A DNA stretch of 64,000 bases from Eledone cirrhosa (Eukaryota): NCBI GenBank assembly GCA_964016885.1, contig OZ024740.1:28892001-28956000 (forward strand). The letters are read 5' to 3'. Position 1 is the first letter of the stretch, and every line of letters begins with the position of its first letter. Under the pieces are notes generated by a model that was given only the letters and a program-made list of their open reading frames with translations, was not told the DNA's origin and ran no database searches. Shown in pieces: positions 48,101-63,100 of the stretch. The translations under genes and the position numbers were made by a program.

Positions 48101-51100
48101 GCTGCCAACGAAAAGATGAGTTACTCTGCTAACGAAACGCTACAGTAACGCTGCTAATGTAAGTTTCAGTTACTCTGTTAATGAAAGGATCATTTACTCT
48201 GCTAACGAAAGGATCAGTTACTCTGCTAATGAAAGGATCAGTTACTCTGCTAATAAAAGTTTCAGTTGCTCTGCTAATGAAAGGATCAGTTACTCTGCTC
48301 ACAAAAGGATCAGTTACTCTGCTAACGAAAGGATCAGTTACTGTGATAATCAAAGGATCGGTTACTCTGCTAACAAAAGGTTCAGTTATTCTGCTACCGA
48401 AAGGATCAGTTACTCTGTTAATGAAAGGATCATTTAATCTGCTAATTAACGGATCAGTTACTCTGCTAACGAAAGGATACGTTAATCTGCTAACTAAAGA
48501 TTCAGTTAATCTGCTAATGCAAGGTTTAGTTACTCTGCTAAAGAAATGTCAGTTACTCTGCTAATTAAAGGATCAGTTACACTGCTAACGAAAAGATGAG
48601 TTATTCTGTTAACGAAAGGATCAGTTACTCTGCTAAAGAAAGGATGAGTTACTCGGCTAACGAAAGGATCAGTTACTCTGCTAAATAAAATATCAGTTAC
48701 TCCACTAATGAAAGGTTCAGTAAATCTGCTAATGAAAGGATCAGTTACGCTGATACCGAAAGGATGAGTTACTCTGCTAACGAAAGGATGAGTTACTCTG
48801 CTAACGAAAGGTTCAGTTACTCTGCTAACGAAAGGTTCAGATATTCTTCTAACGCAAGGATCAGTTTCTCTGCTAATGAAAGGATCAGTTACTCTGCTAA
48901 CGAAAGGATCAGTTCCTCTGTTAATGAAAGGATCAGTTACGCTGCTAACGAAAGTGTCAGCTGCTATGCTAATGAAAGGATCAGTTACTCTGCTAATGAA
49001 AGGATCAGTTATTCTGCTAACGAAAGGTTAAGTTACTCTGCTAATGAAAGCATCATTTACTCTGCTAATGAAAGGATCATTACTCTTCTAATGAAAGGAT
49101 CAGTTACTATGCTAATGAAAGGATCATTTACTCTGCTAATGAAAGGATCAGTTACTCTGCTAATGAAAGGATAAGTTACTCTGCTAATGAAAGGATAAGT
49201 TACTCTGCTAACGAAAAGATCAGTTACTCTTCTAATGAAAGGGTCAGTTACGCTGCTAACGAAAGGTTCAGTTACTCTGATAACGAAAGGTTCAGTTACG
49301 CTGCTAATAAAAGTTTCAGTTACTCTGCTAATGAAACGATCGGTTACTCTGCTAACGAAAGGATCAGTTACTCTGCTAATCAGAGGATCAGTTACTCTGC
49401 TGACGAAAGATTCAGTTACTCTGCTAACGAAAGGATCAGTTACTTTGCTAACGAAAGTTTCAGTTACTTTGCTAACGAAAGGTTCAGTTACTCTGCTAAT
49501 GAAAGGATCAGTTACTCTGCTAACGAAAGGTTCAGTTACGCTGCTAACCAAAGGATCAGTTACTCTGCTAAATAAAGTATCAGTTACACCGCTAATGAAA
49601 GGTTCAGTAAATCTGCTAATGAAAGGATCAGTTACGCTGATACCGAAAGGATCAGTTACTCTGCTAACGAAAGGATGAGTTTCTCTGCTAACGAAAGGTT
49701 CAGTTACTCTGCTAACGAAAGGTTCAGATATTCTTCTAACGCAAGGATCAGTTTCTCTGCTAATAAAAGGATCAGTTACTCTGCTAACGAAAGGTTCAGA
49801 TATTCTTCTAACGCAAGGAACAGTTTCTCTGCTAACGAAAGTTTCAGTTACTCTGCTAACGAAAGGATCAGTTACTTTGCTAAGGAAAGTTTCAGTTACT
49901 CTGCTAACGAAAAGATCAGTTACTCTGCTAACGAAAGGATCAGTTACTCTGCTAACGAAAAGATGAGTTATTCTGTTAAGGAAAGGATCACTTACTCTGC
50001 TAACGAAAATATCGGTTACTCTGCTAACGAAAGGATCAGTTACTCTGATAACGAAAGGTTCAGTTACGCTGCTAATGAAAGTTTCAGTTACTGTGCTAAT
50101 GAAAGGATTAGTTACTCAGCTAACGAAAGGATCAGTTACTCTGCTAATCAGAGGATCAGTTGTTCTGCTGACGAAAGTTTCAATTACTCTGCTAACGAAA
50201 GGAACAGTTACTTTGCTAACGAAAGTTTCAGTTACTTTGCTAACGAAAAGTTCAGTTAGTCTGCTAATGAAAGGAACAGTTACTCTGCTAACGAAAGGTT
50301 CAGTTACGCTGCTAATGAAAGGATGAGTTACTCTGCTAACGAAAGGATCAGTTACTCGGCTAACGAAAGGTTCAGTAACTCAGCTATATAAAGGATCACT
50401 TACTCTGCTAATGAAACTATCAGTTACTCTGCTAACGAGAGGTTCAGTTATTCTGCTAACAAATGGTTCAGATATTCTGCTAACGAAAGGAGCGGTTACT
50501 CTGCCAACGAAAAGATCAGTTACTCTGCTAACGAAAGGATCAGTTACTCTGCTGAGGAAAGTTTCAGTTACTCTGCTAACAAAAGGACCAGTTACTCTGC
50601 TTACGAAAGAATCAGTTACTCTGCTAACGAAAAGATGAGTTATTCTTTAAGAAAAGGATCAGTTACTCTGCTAACGAATTTATCAGTTACTCTGTTAACG
50701 AAAGGATCAGTTACTCTGCTAATGAAAGGATCATTTACTGTGCTAATGAAAGGATCAGTTACTGTGCTAACGAAAGGATCAGTTACTCTGCTAACGAAAG
50801 GATCAGTTACTCTGCTAATGAAAGGATCAGTTACTCTGCTAATGAAAGGATCAGTGACTCTGCTAACGAAAGTTTTAGTTTCTCTGCTAATGAAAGGATC
50901 ATTTATTCTGCTAACGAAAGGATCAGTTACTCTGCTAACTAAAGGATCAGTTACTCTGCTAACGAAAGGTTCGTTTACTCTGCATAGGAATGGATCAGTT
51001 ACTCTGCTAATGAAAGATCATTTATTCTGCTAATGAAAGGATCAGTTACTCTGCTAACGAAAGTTTCAGTTATTCTGCTAACGAAAGGATCAGTCACTCT

Positions 51101-54100
51101 CCTAACGAAAGTATCAGTTACTCTGCTAACGAAAGTGTCAGTAACTCTGCTAACGAAATGATCAGTTTCTCTGCTAATGAAAGGATCAGTTATTCTTCTC
51201 ACGAAAGGATCAGTTACTCTGCTAATGAAAGTATCAGTTATTCTCCTGATGAAAGGAGCAGTTACTCTACTAACGAAAGGTACAGTTACTCTGCTAACGA
51301 AAATATCATTTACTCTGCTAACAAAAAAGGTTCAGTTACGCTGCTAATGAAAGTTTCAGTTACTCTGTTAATGAAGGGATCAGTTACTCTGCTAACGAAA
51401 GGATAAGTTACTCTGCTAACTAAAGATTCAGTTAATCTGCTAATGAAAGGTTTAGTTACTCCAGCTAAAGAAAGTTTCAGTTACTCTGCTAATTAAAGGA
51501 TCAGTTACTCTGCTAACGAAAGCATCAGACAATCTGCTAATGAAAGGAATAGTTACTCTGCCAACGAAAGGTTCCGTTAATCTGCTAATGAAAGGATCAG
51601 TTACTCTGCTAATGAAAGGATTAGTTACTCTGCCAAGGAAAGTTTCAGTTACTCTGCTTATGAAAGGATCGTTTACTCTGCTAATGAAAGGATCAATTAC
51701 TCTGTAACGAAAGGATCAGTTACTCTGCTAATGAAAGGATCAGTTATTCTGCTAACGAAAGGGTCAGTTACTTTTCTAACGAAAGAATCAGTTACTCTAC
51801 TAACGAAAGTTTCACAAACTCTTTTAACGAAAGCTTCAGTTACGCTGTTAATGAATGGATCAGTTACTCTGCTAACGAAAGGATCAGTTACTCTGCTAAC
51901 AAAAAGTTCAGTTACGTTGCTAATAAAAGTTTCAGTTACTCTGTTAATGAAAGGATCAGTTACTCTGCTAACTAAAGATTCAGTTAATCTGCTAATGAAA
52001 GGATCAGTTACTCTGCTAACGCAAAGATGAGTTATTCTGTTAAAGAAAGGGTCAGTTACTCTGCTAACGAAAGCATCAGACAATCTGCTAATGAAAGGAT
52101 CAGTTACTCTGCTAACGAAAGGATCAGTTACTCTGCTAATGAAAGGATTAGTTACTCTGCTAACGAAAGGTTCAGTTACTCTGCTAATGAAAGGATCAGT
52201 TACTCTGCTAACGAAAGGATCAGTTACTCTGCTAACGAAAAGATGAGTTATTCTGTTAAGGAAAGGATCAGTTACTATGCTAACGAAAATATCGGTTACT
52301 CTGCTAACGAAAGGATCAGTTACTCTGCTAACGAAAGGATACGTTACTCTGCTAACTAAAGATACAGTTAATCTGCTAATGAAAGGTTTAGTTACTCTGC
52401 TAAAAAAAGTTTCAGTTACTCTGCTAATTAAAGGATCAGTTATTCTGCTAATGAAAGGTTCAGCTACGCTGCTAATGAAAGGATCAGTTACTCTGCTAAC
52501 GAAAGGATCAGTTACTCGGCTAACCAAAGGATCAGTTACTCTGCTAATGAAAGGATAATTTACTGTGCTAATGAAAGGATCAGTAACTCTGCTAACGAAA
52601 GGATCAGTTACTCTGCTAACGAGAGGTTCAGTTATTCTTCTAACAAATGGTTCAGATATTCTACTAACGAAAGGATCAGTTACTCTGCTGAGGAAAGTTT
52701 CAGTTACTCTGCGAACGAAAGGACCAGTTACTCTGCTTACGAAAGGATCAGTTACTCTGCTAACGAAAAGATGAGTTATTCTTTAAGGAAAGGATCAGTT
52801 ACACTGCTAACGAATTTATCAGTTACTCTGTTAACGAAAGGATCAGTTACTCTGCTAATGAAAGGATCAGTTACTGTGCTAACGAAATGATCAATTTCTC
52901 TGCTAATGAAAGGATCAGTTACTCTCCTAACGAAAGTATCAGTTACTCTCCTGACGAAAGTGTCAGTTACTCTGCTAACGAAATGATCAGTTTCTCTGCT
53001 AATGAAAGGATCAGTTACTCTTCTCACGAAAGGATCAGTTAGTCTGCTAATGAAAGGATCAGTTATTCTCCTGATGAAAGGAGCAGTTACTCTACTAACG
53101 AAAGTAACAGTTACTCTCCTAACGAAAGTGTCAGTTACTCTGCTAACTAAAGATTCAGTTAATCTGCTAATGAAAGGTTTAGTTACTCCAGCTAAAGAAA
53201 GTTTCAGTTACTCTTCTAATTAAAGGATCAGTTACTCTGCTAACGAAAGCATCAGACAATCTGCTAATGAAAGGATCAGTTAATCTGCTAACGAAAGGAT
53301 CAGTTACTCTGCTAATGAAAGGAATAGTTACACTGATAACGAAAGGTTCAGTTAATCTTCTAATGAAAGGATCAGTTACTCTGGTAACAAAAGGATCAGT
53401 TACTCTGCTAATGAAAGGATTAGTTACTCTGCCAACGAAAATTTCAGTTACTCTGCTAATGAAAGGATCGTTTACTCTGCTAATGAAAGGATCAGTTACT
53501 CTGTAACGAAAGGATCAGTTACTCTGCTAATGAAAGGATCAGTTATTCTGCTAACGAAAGGATCAGTTACTTTTGTAACGAAAGAATCAGTTACTCTGCT
53601 AACGAAAGTTTCACTAACTCTTCTAACGAAAGCTTCAGTTACGCTGCTAATGAATGGATCTGTTAATCTGCTAACGAAAGGATCAGTTACACTGCTAACA
53701 AAAGGTTCATTTACGCTGCTAATGAAAGTTTCAGTTACTCTGTTAATGAAAGGATCAGTTACTCTGCTAACGAAAGGATAAGTTACTCTGCTAACTAAAG
53801 ATTCAGTTAATCTGCTAATGAAAGGTTTAGTTACTCCAGCTAAAAAAGTTTCAGTTACTCTGCTAATTAAAGGATCAGTTACTCTGCTAACGCAAAGATA
53901 AGTTATTCTGTTAAGGAAAGGATCAGTTACTATGCTAACGAAAATATCGGTACTCTGCTAACGAAAGGATCAGTTACTCTGCCAACGAAAGGATACGTTA
54001 CACTGCTAATGAAAGGATCGTTTAATCTGCTAATGAAAGGGTCAGTTACTCTGCTAACGAAAGCATCAGACAATCTGCTAATGAAAGGATCAGTTACTCT

Positions 54101-57100
54101 GCTAATGAAAGGATTAGTTACTCTGCTAACGAAAGGATCAGTTACTCTGCTAACGAAAAGATGAGTTATTCTGTTAAGGAAAGGATCAGTTACTATGCTA
54201 ACGAATATATCGGCACTATGCTAACGAAAGGATCAGTTACTCTGCTAACGAAAGGATACGTTACTCTGCTAACTAAAGATTCAGTTAATCTGCTAATGAA
54301 AGGCTTACTCTGCTAACGCAAAGATGAGTTATTCTGTTAAAAAAATGATCAGTTACTCTGCTAACGAAAGGTTCAGTTACTCTGCTAACGAAAGGATCAG
54401 TTACTTTTCTAACGAAAGAATCAGTTGCTCTGCTAACGAATGTTTCATTAGCTCTTCTAACGAAAGCTTCAGTTACGCTGCTAATGAATGGATCAGTTAC
54501 TCTGCTGAAGAAAGGATCAGTTACTCTGCTAACAAAAGGTTTAGTTACGCTACTAATGAAAGTTTCAGTTACTCTGTTAATGAAAGGATCAGTTACTCTG
54601 CTAACGAAAGGATCAGTTACTCTGCTAACGAAAGGATCAGTTACACTCCTAACGAAAGTATCAGTTACTCTGATAACGAAAGGATCAGTTACTCTGATAA
54701 CGAAAGGTTCAGTTACTCTGCTAATCAGAGGATCAGTGACTTTGCTGACGAAAGTTTCAGTTACTTTGCTAACGAAAGGTTCTGTTACTCTACTAATGAA
54801 AGGATCAGTTACTCTGCTAACGAAATGATAATTACTCTGCTAACTAAAGATTCAGTTAATCTGCTAATGAAAGGTTTAGTTACTCTGCTAAAGAAAGTTT
54901 CAGTTACTCTGCTAATTAAAGGATCAGTTACTCTGCTAACGAAAAGATGAGTTATTCTGTTAAAGAAAGGATCAGTTTCTCCGCTAACGAAAACATCAGA
55001 CAATCTGCTAATGAAAGAATCAGTTACTCTGCTAACGAAAGGATCTGTTACTCTGCTAATGAAAGGATTAGGTACTCTGCTAACGAAAGGTTCAGTTACT
55101 CTGATAATGAAAGGCTCAGTTACTCTGCTAACGAAAGGATCAGTTACTCTGCTAATGAAAGGATTAGTTACTCTGTAACGAAAGGATCAGTTACTCTGCT
55201 AATGAGATGAACAGTTATTCTGCTAACGAAAGGATCAGTTACTTTTCTAACGAAAGAATCAGTTACTCTGCTAACGAAAGATTCACTAACTCTTCTAACA
55301 ACAGCATCAGTTACGCTGATAATGAATGGATCAGTTACTCTGCTAACGAAAGGATCAGTTACTCTTCTAACAAAAGGTTCAGTTACGCTGCTAACGAAAG
55401 GATCAGTTACTCTGCTAACGAAAGGATCAGTTACTCTGCTAACGAAAGGATCAGTTACTCTCCTAACGAAAGTATCAGTTACTCTGTTAACGAAAGGATC
55501 AGTTACTCTGATAACGAAAGTATCAGTTACTCTGTTAACGAAAGGATCAGTTACTCTCCTAACGAAAGTATCAGTTACTCTGTTAACGAAAGGATCAGTT
55601 ACTCTGATAACGAAAGGTTCAGTTACGCTGCTAATGAAAGTTTTGTTTTCTGCTAACGAAAGGATTGGTTACTCTGCCAACGAAAAGATCAGTTATTCTG
55701 CTAACGAAAGGATCAGTTACACTGCTAAGGAAAGTATCAGTTACTATTCTAACGAAAGGACCAGTTAATCTGCTTACGAAAAGATCAGTTACACTGCTAA
55801 CGAAAGAATCAGTTACTCTGCTAACAAAAGGTTCAGTTACGCTGTTAATGACAGTTTCAGTTTGTTAATGAAAGGATCAGTTACTCTGCTAACGAAAAGA
55901 TCATTTACTCTGCTAACGAAAGGATCAGTTACTCTGCTAACGAAAGGATAAGTTACTCTGCTAACTAAAGATTCAGTTAATCTGTTGATGATAGGTTTAG
56001 TTACTCTGCTAAAGAAAGTTTCAGTTACTTTGCTAACGAAAAGATTAGTTATTCTGTTAAAGAAAGGATCAGTTACTCTGCTAACGAAAGGAACAGTTAC
56101 TCTCCTAACGAAAGTTTCAGTTTGTTAATGATAGGATCAGTTACTCTGCTAACGTAGTTTCAGTTACGCTGCTAACGAAAGGATCAGTTACTCTGCTAAC
56201 GAAAGAATCAGTTTGTTAATGATAGGATCAGTTACTCTGCTAACGTAGTTTCAGTTACGCTGTTAATGAAAGTTTCAGTTTGTTAATGAAAGGATCAGTT
56301 AATCTGCTCACGAAAAGATCATTTACTCTGCTAACGAAAGGATCAGTTACTCTGCTAACGAAAGGATAAGTTACTCTGCTAACTAAAGATTCAGTTAATC
56401 TGCTAATGAAAGGTTTAGTTACTCTGCTAAACAAATTTTCAGTTACTCTGCTAATTAAAGGATCAGTTACTCTGCTAAAGAAAAAATGAGTTATTCTGTT
56501 AAACTAAGGATCAGTTACTCTGCTAACGAAAGGATCAGATACTCTGCTAACGAAAGGATCGGTTACTCTGCCAACGAAAAGATCATTTACTCTGCTAACG
56601 AAAGGATCAGTTACTCTGCTAAGGAAAGTTTCAGTTACTATGCTAACGAAAGGACCAGTTAATCTGCTTACGAAAAGATCAGTTACACTGCTAACGAAAG
56701 AATCAGTTACTCTGCTAACAAAAGGTTCAGTTACGCTGCTAATGGAAGTTTCAGTTTCTGTGCTAATGAAAGGATCAGTTATTTTGCTAACGAAAGGATC
56801 AGTTACTCTGCTAATCAGAGGATCAGTTACTCTGCTGACGAAAGTTTCAGTTACTCTGCTTACGAAAGGATCAGTTACTCTGCTAACGAAAGGATCAGTT
56901 ACACTGCTAACGAAAGGATAAGTTACTCTGCTAACGAAAGATTCAGTTAATCTGCTATTGAAAGGTTTAGTTACTCTGCTAAAGAAAGTTTCAGTTACTC
57001 TGCTAATTAAAGGATCAGTTACTCTGCTAACGAAAAAATAGGTTATTCAGTTAAAGAAAGGATCAGTTATTCTGCTAACGAAAGCATCAGGCAATCTGCT

Positions 57101-60100
57101 AATGAAAGGTTCAATTACTCTGCTAATTAAAGAATCAGTTACTCTGCTAACGAAAAGATTAGTTATTCTGTTAAGGAAAGGATCAGTTACTCTGTTAACG
57201 AAAGGAACAGTTACTCTCCTAACGAAAGTTTCAGTTTGTTAATGAAAGGATCAGTTACTCTGCTAACGAAAATATCATTTACTCTGCTAAAGAAAGGATC
57301 AGTTACTCTGCTAACGAAAGGATAAGTTACTCTGCTAACTAAAGATTCAGTTAATCTGCTAATGAAAGGATCAGTTAATCTGCTAAACAAAGTTTCAGTT
57401 ACTCTGCTAATTAAAGGATCAGTTACTCTGCTAACGAAAAAATAGGTTATTCAGTTAAAGAAAGGATCAGTTATTCTGCTAACGAAAGCATCAGGCAATC
57501 TGCTAATGAAAGGTTCAATTACTCTGCTAATGAAAGGATTAGTTACTCTGCTAACGAAAGGTTCAGTTACTCTGCTAATGAAAGGATCAGTTACTCTGCT
57601 AACGACTTGATCAGTTACTCTGCTAATTAAAGGATCATTTACTCTGCTAATGAAAGGATCAGTTACGTTGTAACGAAAGGATCATTTACTCTGCTAATGA
57701 AAGGATCAGTTATTCTGCTAACGAAAGGATCATTTACTTTTCTAACGAAAGGTTCAGTTACGCTGCTAATGGATGTTTCAGTTTCTGTGCTAATGAAAGG
57801 ATCAGTTACTCTGCTAACGAAAGGATCAGTTACTCTGCTAATCAGAGGATCAGTTACTCTGCTAACGAAAGGATAATTTACTCTGCTAACGAAAGATTCA
57901 GTTAATCTGCTATTGAAAGGTTTAGTTTCTCTGCTAAAGAAAGTTTCAGTTACTCTGCTAATTAAAGGATCAGTTACTCTGCTAACGAAAAGATAAGTTA
58001 TTCTGTTAAGGAAAGGATCAGTTACTCTGCTAACGAAAAGATAATTTACTCTGCTAACAAAAGGATCAGTTACTCTGCTAACGAAAGGATAAGTTACTCT
58101 GCTAACTAAAGATTCAGTTAAACTGCTAATGAAAGGTTTAGTTACTCTGCTAAAGAAAGTTTCAGTTACTCTGCTTATTAAAGGATCAGTTACTCTGCTA
58201 ACGAAAAGATGAGTTATTCTGTTAAAGAAAGGATCAGTTAATCTGCTAACGAAAGGAACAGTTACTCTCCTAACGAAAGTATCAGTTACTCTGCTAATGA
58301 AAGGATCAGTTACTCTGCTAACGAAATGATCAGTTACTCTGCTAACGAAAGGATCAGTTACTCTGCTAACGAAAGGATCAGTTACTCTCCTAACGAAAGT
58401 ATCAGTTACTCTGTTAACGGAAGGATCAGTTACTCTGATAACGAAAGGTTCAGTTACTCTGCTAATCAGAGGATCAGTTACTCTGCTGACGAAAGTTTCA
58501 GTTACTCTGCTAACGAAAGGATAAGTTACTCTGCTAACGAAAGATTCAGTTAATCTGCTATTGAAAGGTTTAGTTACTCTGCTACAGAAAGTTTCAGTTA
58601 CTCTGCTAATTAAAGGATCAGTTTCTCTGTTAAAGAAAGGATCAGTTACTCTGCTAACGAAAGGAACAGTTACTCTCCTAACGAAAGTATCAGTTACTCT
58701 TCTAATGAAAGGATCAGTTACTCTGCTAACGAAATGATCAGTTTCTCTGCTAATGAAAGGATCAGTTACTCTCCTAACGAAAGTATCAGTTACTCTCCTA
58801 ACGAAAGTGTCAGTTACTCTGCTAACGAAACGATCAGTTTCTCTGCTAATGAAAGGATCAGTTACTCTTCTCACGAAAGGATCAGTTACTCTGCTAATGA
58901 AAGAATCAGTTATTCTGCTAACGAAAGGATCATTTAATTTTCTAACGAAAGGTTCAGTTACGCTGCTAATGGATGTTTCAGTTTCTGTGCTAATGAAAGG
59001 ATAAGTTACTCTGCTAACGAAAGGATCAGTTACTCTGCTAATCAGAGGATCAGTTACTCTGCTGACGAAAGGATAAGTTACTCTGCTAACGAAAGATTCA
59101 GTTAATCTGCTATTGAAAGGTTTAGTTTCTCTGCTAAAGAAAGTTTCAGTTACTCTGCTAATTAAAGGATCAGTTACTCTGCTAACGAAAACATGAGTTA
59201 TACTGTTAAGGAAAGGATCAGTTATTCTGCTAACGAAAAGATAATTTACTCTGCTAACAAAAGGATCAGTTACTCTGCTAACGAAAGGATAAGTTACTCT
59301 GCTAACTAAAGATTCAGTTAAACTGCTAATGAAAGGTTTAGTTACTCTGCTAAAGAAAGTTTCAGTTACTCTGCTAATTAAAGGGTCAGTTACTCTCCTA
59401 ACGAAAGTATCAGTTACTCTGCTAATGAAAGGATCAGTTACTCTGCTAACGAAAGTATCAGTTACTCTGTTAACGGAAGGATCAGTTACTCTGATAACGA
59501 AAGGTTCAGTTACGCTGCTAATGGAAGTTTCAGTTTCTGCACTAATGAAAGGACCAGTTACTCTGCTAACGAAAGGATCAGTTACTCTGCTAATCAGAGG
59601 ATCAGTTACTCTGCTGACGAAAGTTTCAGTTACTCTGCTTACGATAGGATCAGTTACTCTGCTAACGAAAGGATCAGTTACTCTCCTAACGAAAGTATCA
59701 CTTACTCTGCTAATGAAAGGATCAGTTACTCTGCTAACGAAATGATCAGTTTCTCTGCTAATGAAAGGATCAGTTACTCTCCTAACGAAAGTATCAGTTA
59801 CTCTCCTAACGAAAGTGTCAGTTACTCTGCTAACGAAACGATCAGTTTCTCTGCTAATGAAAGGATCAGTTACTCTTCTCACGAAAGGATCAGTTACTCT
59901 GCTAATGAAAGGATCAGTTATTCTGCTAACGAAAGGATCATTTACTTTTCTAACGAAAGGTTCAGTTACGCTGCTAATGGATGTTTCAGTTTCTGTGCTA
60001 ATGAAAGGATCAGTTACTCTGCTTACGAAAGGATCAGTTAGTCTGCTAACGAAAGGATCAGTTACACTGCTAACGAAAGGATAAGTTACTCTGCTAACGA

Positions 60101-63100
60101 AAGATTCAGTTAATCTGCTATTGAAAGGTTTAGTTTCTCTGCTAAAGAAAGTTTCAGTTACTCTGCTAATTAAAGGATCAGTTACTCTGCTAACGAAAAG
60201 ATGAGTTATTCTGTTAAGGAAAGGATCAGTTACTCTGCTAACGAAAAGATAATTTACTCTGCTGACAAAAGGATCAGTTACTCTGCTAACGAAAGGATTA
60301 CTTACTCTGCTAACTAAAACTTCAGTTAAACTGCTAACGAAAGGATCCGTTACACTGCTAACGAAAGGATCAGTTACTCTCCTAACGAAAGTATCAGTTA
60401 CTCTGTTAACGGAAGGATCAGTTACTCTGATAACGAAAGGTTCAGTTACGCTGCTAATGGAAGTTTTAGTTTCTGCGCTAATGAAAGGATTAGTTACTCT
60501 GCTAACGAAAGGATCAGTTACTCTGCTAATCAGAGGATCAGTTACTCTGCTGACGAAAGTTTCAGTTACTCTGCTTACGAAAGGATCAGTTACTCTGCTA
60601 ACGAAAGGATCAGTTTCTCTGCTAATGAAAGGATCAGTTACTCTTCTCACGAAAGGATCAGTTACTCTGCTAATGAAAGAATCAGTTATTCTGCTAACGA
60701 AAGGATCATTTACTTTTCTAACGAAAGGTTCAGTTACGCTGCTAATGGATGTTTCAGTTTCTGTGCTAATGAAAGGATCAGTTACTCTGCTAACGAAAGG
60801 ATCAGTTACTCTGCTAATCAGAGGATCAGTTACTCTGCTGACGAAAGGATAAGTTACTCTGCTAACGAAAGATTCAGTTAATCTGCTATTGAAAGGTTTA
60901 GTTTCTCTGCTAAAGAAAGTTTCAGTTACTCTGCTAATTAAAGGATCAGTTACTCTCCTAACGAAAGTATCAGTTACTCTGCTAATGAAAGGATCAGTTA
61001 CTCTGCTAACGAAATGATCAGTTACTCTGCTAATGAAAGCATCAGTTACTCTGCTAACGAAAGGATAAGTTACTCTGCTAACTAAAGATTCAGTTAAACT
61101 GCTAATGAAAGGTTTAGTTACTCTGCTAAAGAAAGTTTCAGTTACTCTGCTAATTAAAGGGTCAGTTACTCTCCTAACGAAAGTATCAGTTACTCTGCTA
61201 ATGAAAGGATCAGTTACTCTGCTAACGAAAGTATCAGTTACTCTGTTAACGGAAGGATCAGTTACTCTGATAACGAAAGGTTCAGTTACGCTGCTAATGG
61301 AAGTTTCAGTTTCTGCGCTAATGAAAGGACCAGTTACTCTGCTAACGAAATGATCAGTTACTCTGCTAATCAGAGGATCAGTTACTCTGCTGACGAAAGT
61401 TTCAGTTACTCTGCTTACGAAAGGATCAGTTACTCTGCTAACGAAAGGATCAGTTACTCTCCTAACGAAAGTATCACTTACTCTGCTAATGAAAGGATCA
61501 GTTACTCTGCTAACGAAATGATCAGTTTCTCTGCTAATGAAAGGATCAGTTACTCTCCTAACGAAAGTATCAGTTACTCTCCTAACGAAAGTGTCAGTTA
61601 CTCTGCTAACGAAACGATCAGTTTCTCTGCTAATGAAAGGATCAGTTACTCTTCTCACGAAAGGATCAGTTACTCTGCTAATGAAAGGATCAGTTATTCT
61701 GCTAACGAAAGGATCATTTACTTTTCTAACGAAAGGTTCAGTTACGCTGCTAATGGATGTTTCAGTTTCTGTGCTAATGAAAGGATCAGTTACTCTGCTT
61801 ACGAAAGGATCAGTTAGTCTGCTAACGAAAGGATCAGTTACACTGCTAACGAAAGGATAAGTTACTCTGCTAACGAAAGATTCAGTTAATCTGCTATTGA
61901 AAGGTTTAGTTTCTCTGCTAAAGAAAGTTTCAGTTACTCTGCTAATTAAAGGATCAGTTACTCTGCTAACGAAAAGATGAGTTATTCTGTTAAGGAAAGG
62001 ATCAGTTACTCTGCTAACGAAAAGATAATTTACTCTGCTGACAAAAGGATCAGTTACTCTGCTAACGAAAGGATTACTTACTCTGCTAACTAAAACTTCA
62101 GTTAAACTGCAAACGAAAGGATCCGTTACACTGCTAACGAAAGGATCAGTTACTCTCCTAACGAAAGTATCAGTTACTCTGTTAACGGAAGGATCAGTTA
62201 CTCTGATAACGAAAGGTTCAGTTACGCTGCTAATGGAAATTTTAGTTTCTGCGCTAATGAAAGGATTAGTTACTCTGCTAACGAAAGGATCAGTTACTCT
62301 GCTAATCAGAGGATCAGTTACTCTGCTGACGAAAGTTTCAGTTACTCTGCTTACGAAAGGATCAGTTACTCTGCTAACGAAAGGATCAGTTACACTGCTA
62401 ACGAAAGGATAAGTTACTCTGCTAACGAAAGATTCAGTTAATCTGCTATTGAAAGGTTTAGTCACTCTGCTAAAGAAAGTTTCAGTTACTCTGCTAATTA
62501 AAGGATCAGTTACTCTGCTAACGAAAAGATGAGTTATTCTGTTAAAGAAAGGATCAGTTACTCTGCTAACGAAAGGAACAGTTACTCTCCTAACAAAAGT
62601 ATCAGTTACTCTCCTAACGAAAGTGTCAGTTACTCTGCTAACGAAATGATCAGTTTCTCTGCTAATGAAGGGATCAGTCACTCTTCTCACGAAAGGATCA
62701 TTTACTCTGGTAATGAAAGAATCAGTTATTCTGCTAACGAAAGGATCATTTACTTTTCTAACGAAAGGTTCAGTTACGCTGCTAATGGATGTTTCAGTTT
62801 CTGTGCTAATGAAAGGATCAGTTACTCTGCTTACGAAAGGATCAGTTAGTCTGCTAACGAAAGGATCACTTACACTGCTAACGAAAGGATAAGTTACTCT
62901 GCTAACGAAAGATTCAGTTAATCTGCTATTGAAAGGTTTAGTTTCTCTGCTAAAGAAAGTTTCAGTTACTCTGCTAATTAAAGGATCAGTTACTCTGCTA
63001 ACGAAAAGATGAGTTATTCTGTTAAGGAAAGGATCAGTTATTCTACTAACGAAAAGATAATTTACTCTGCTAACAAAAGGATCAGTTACTCTGCTAACGA

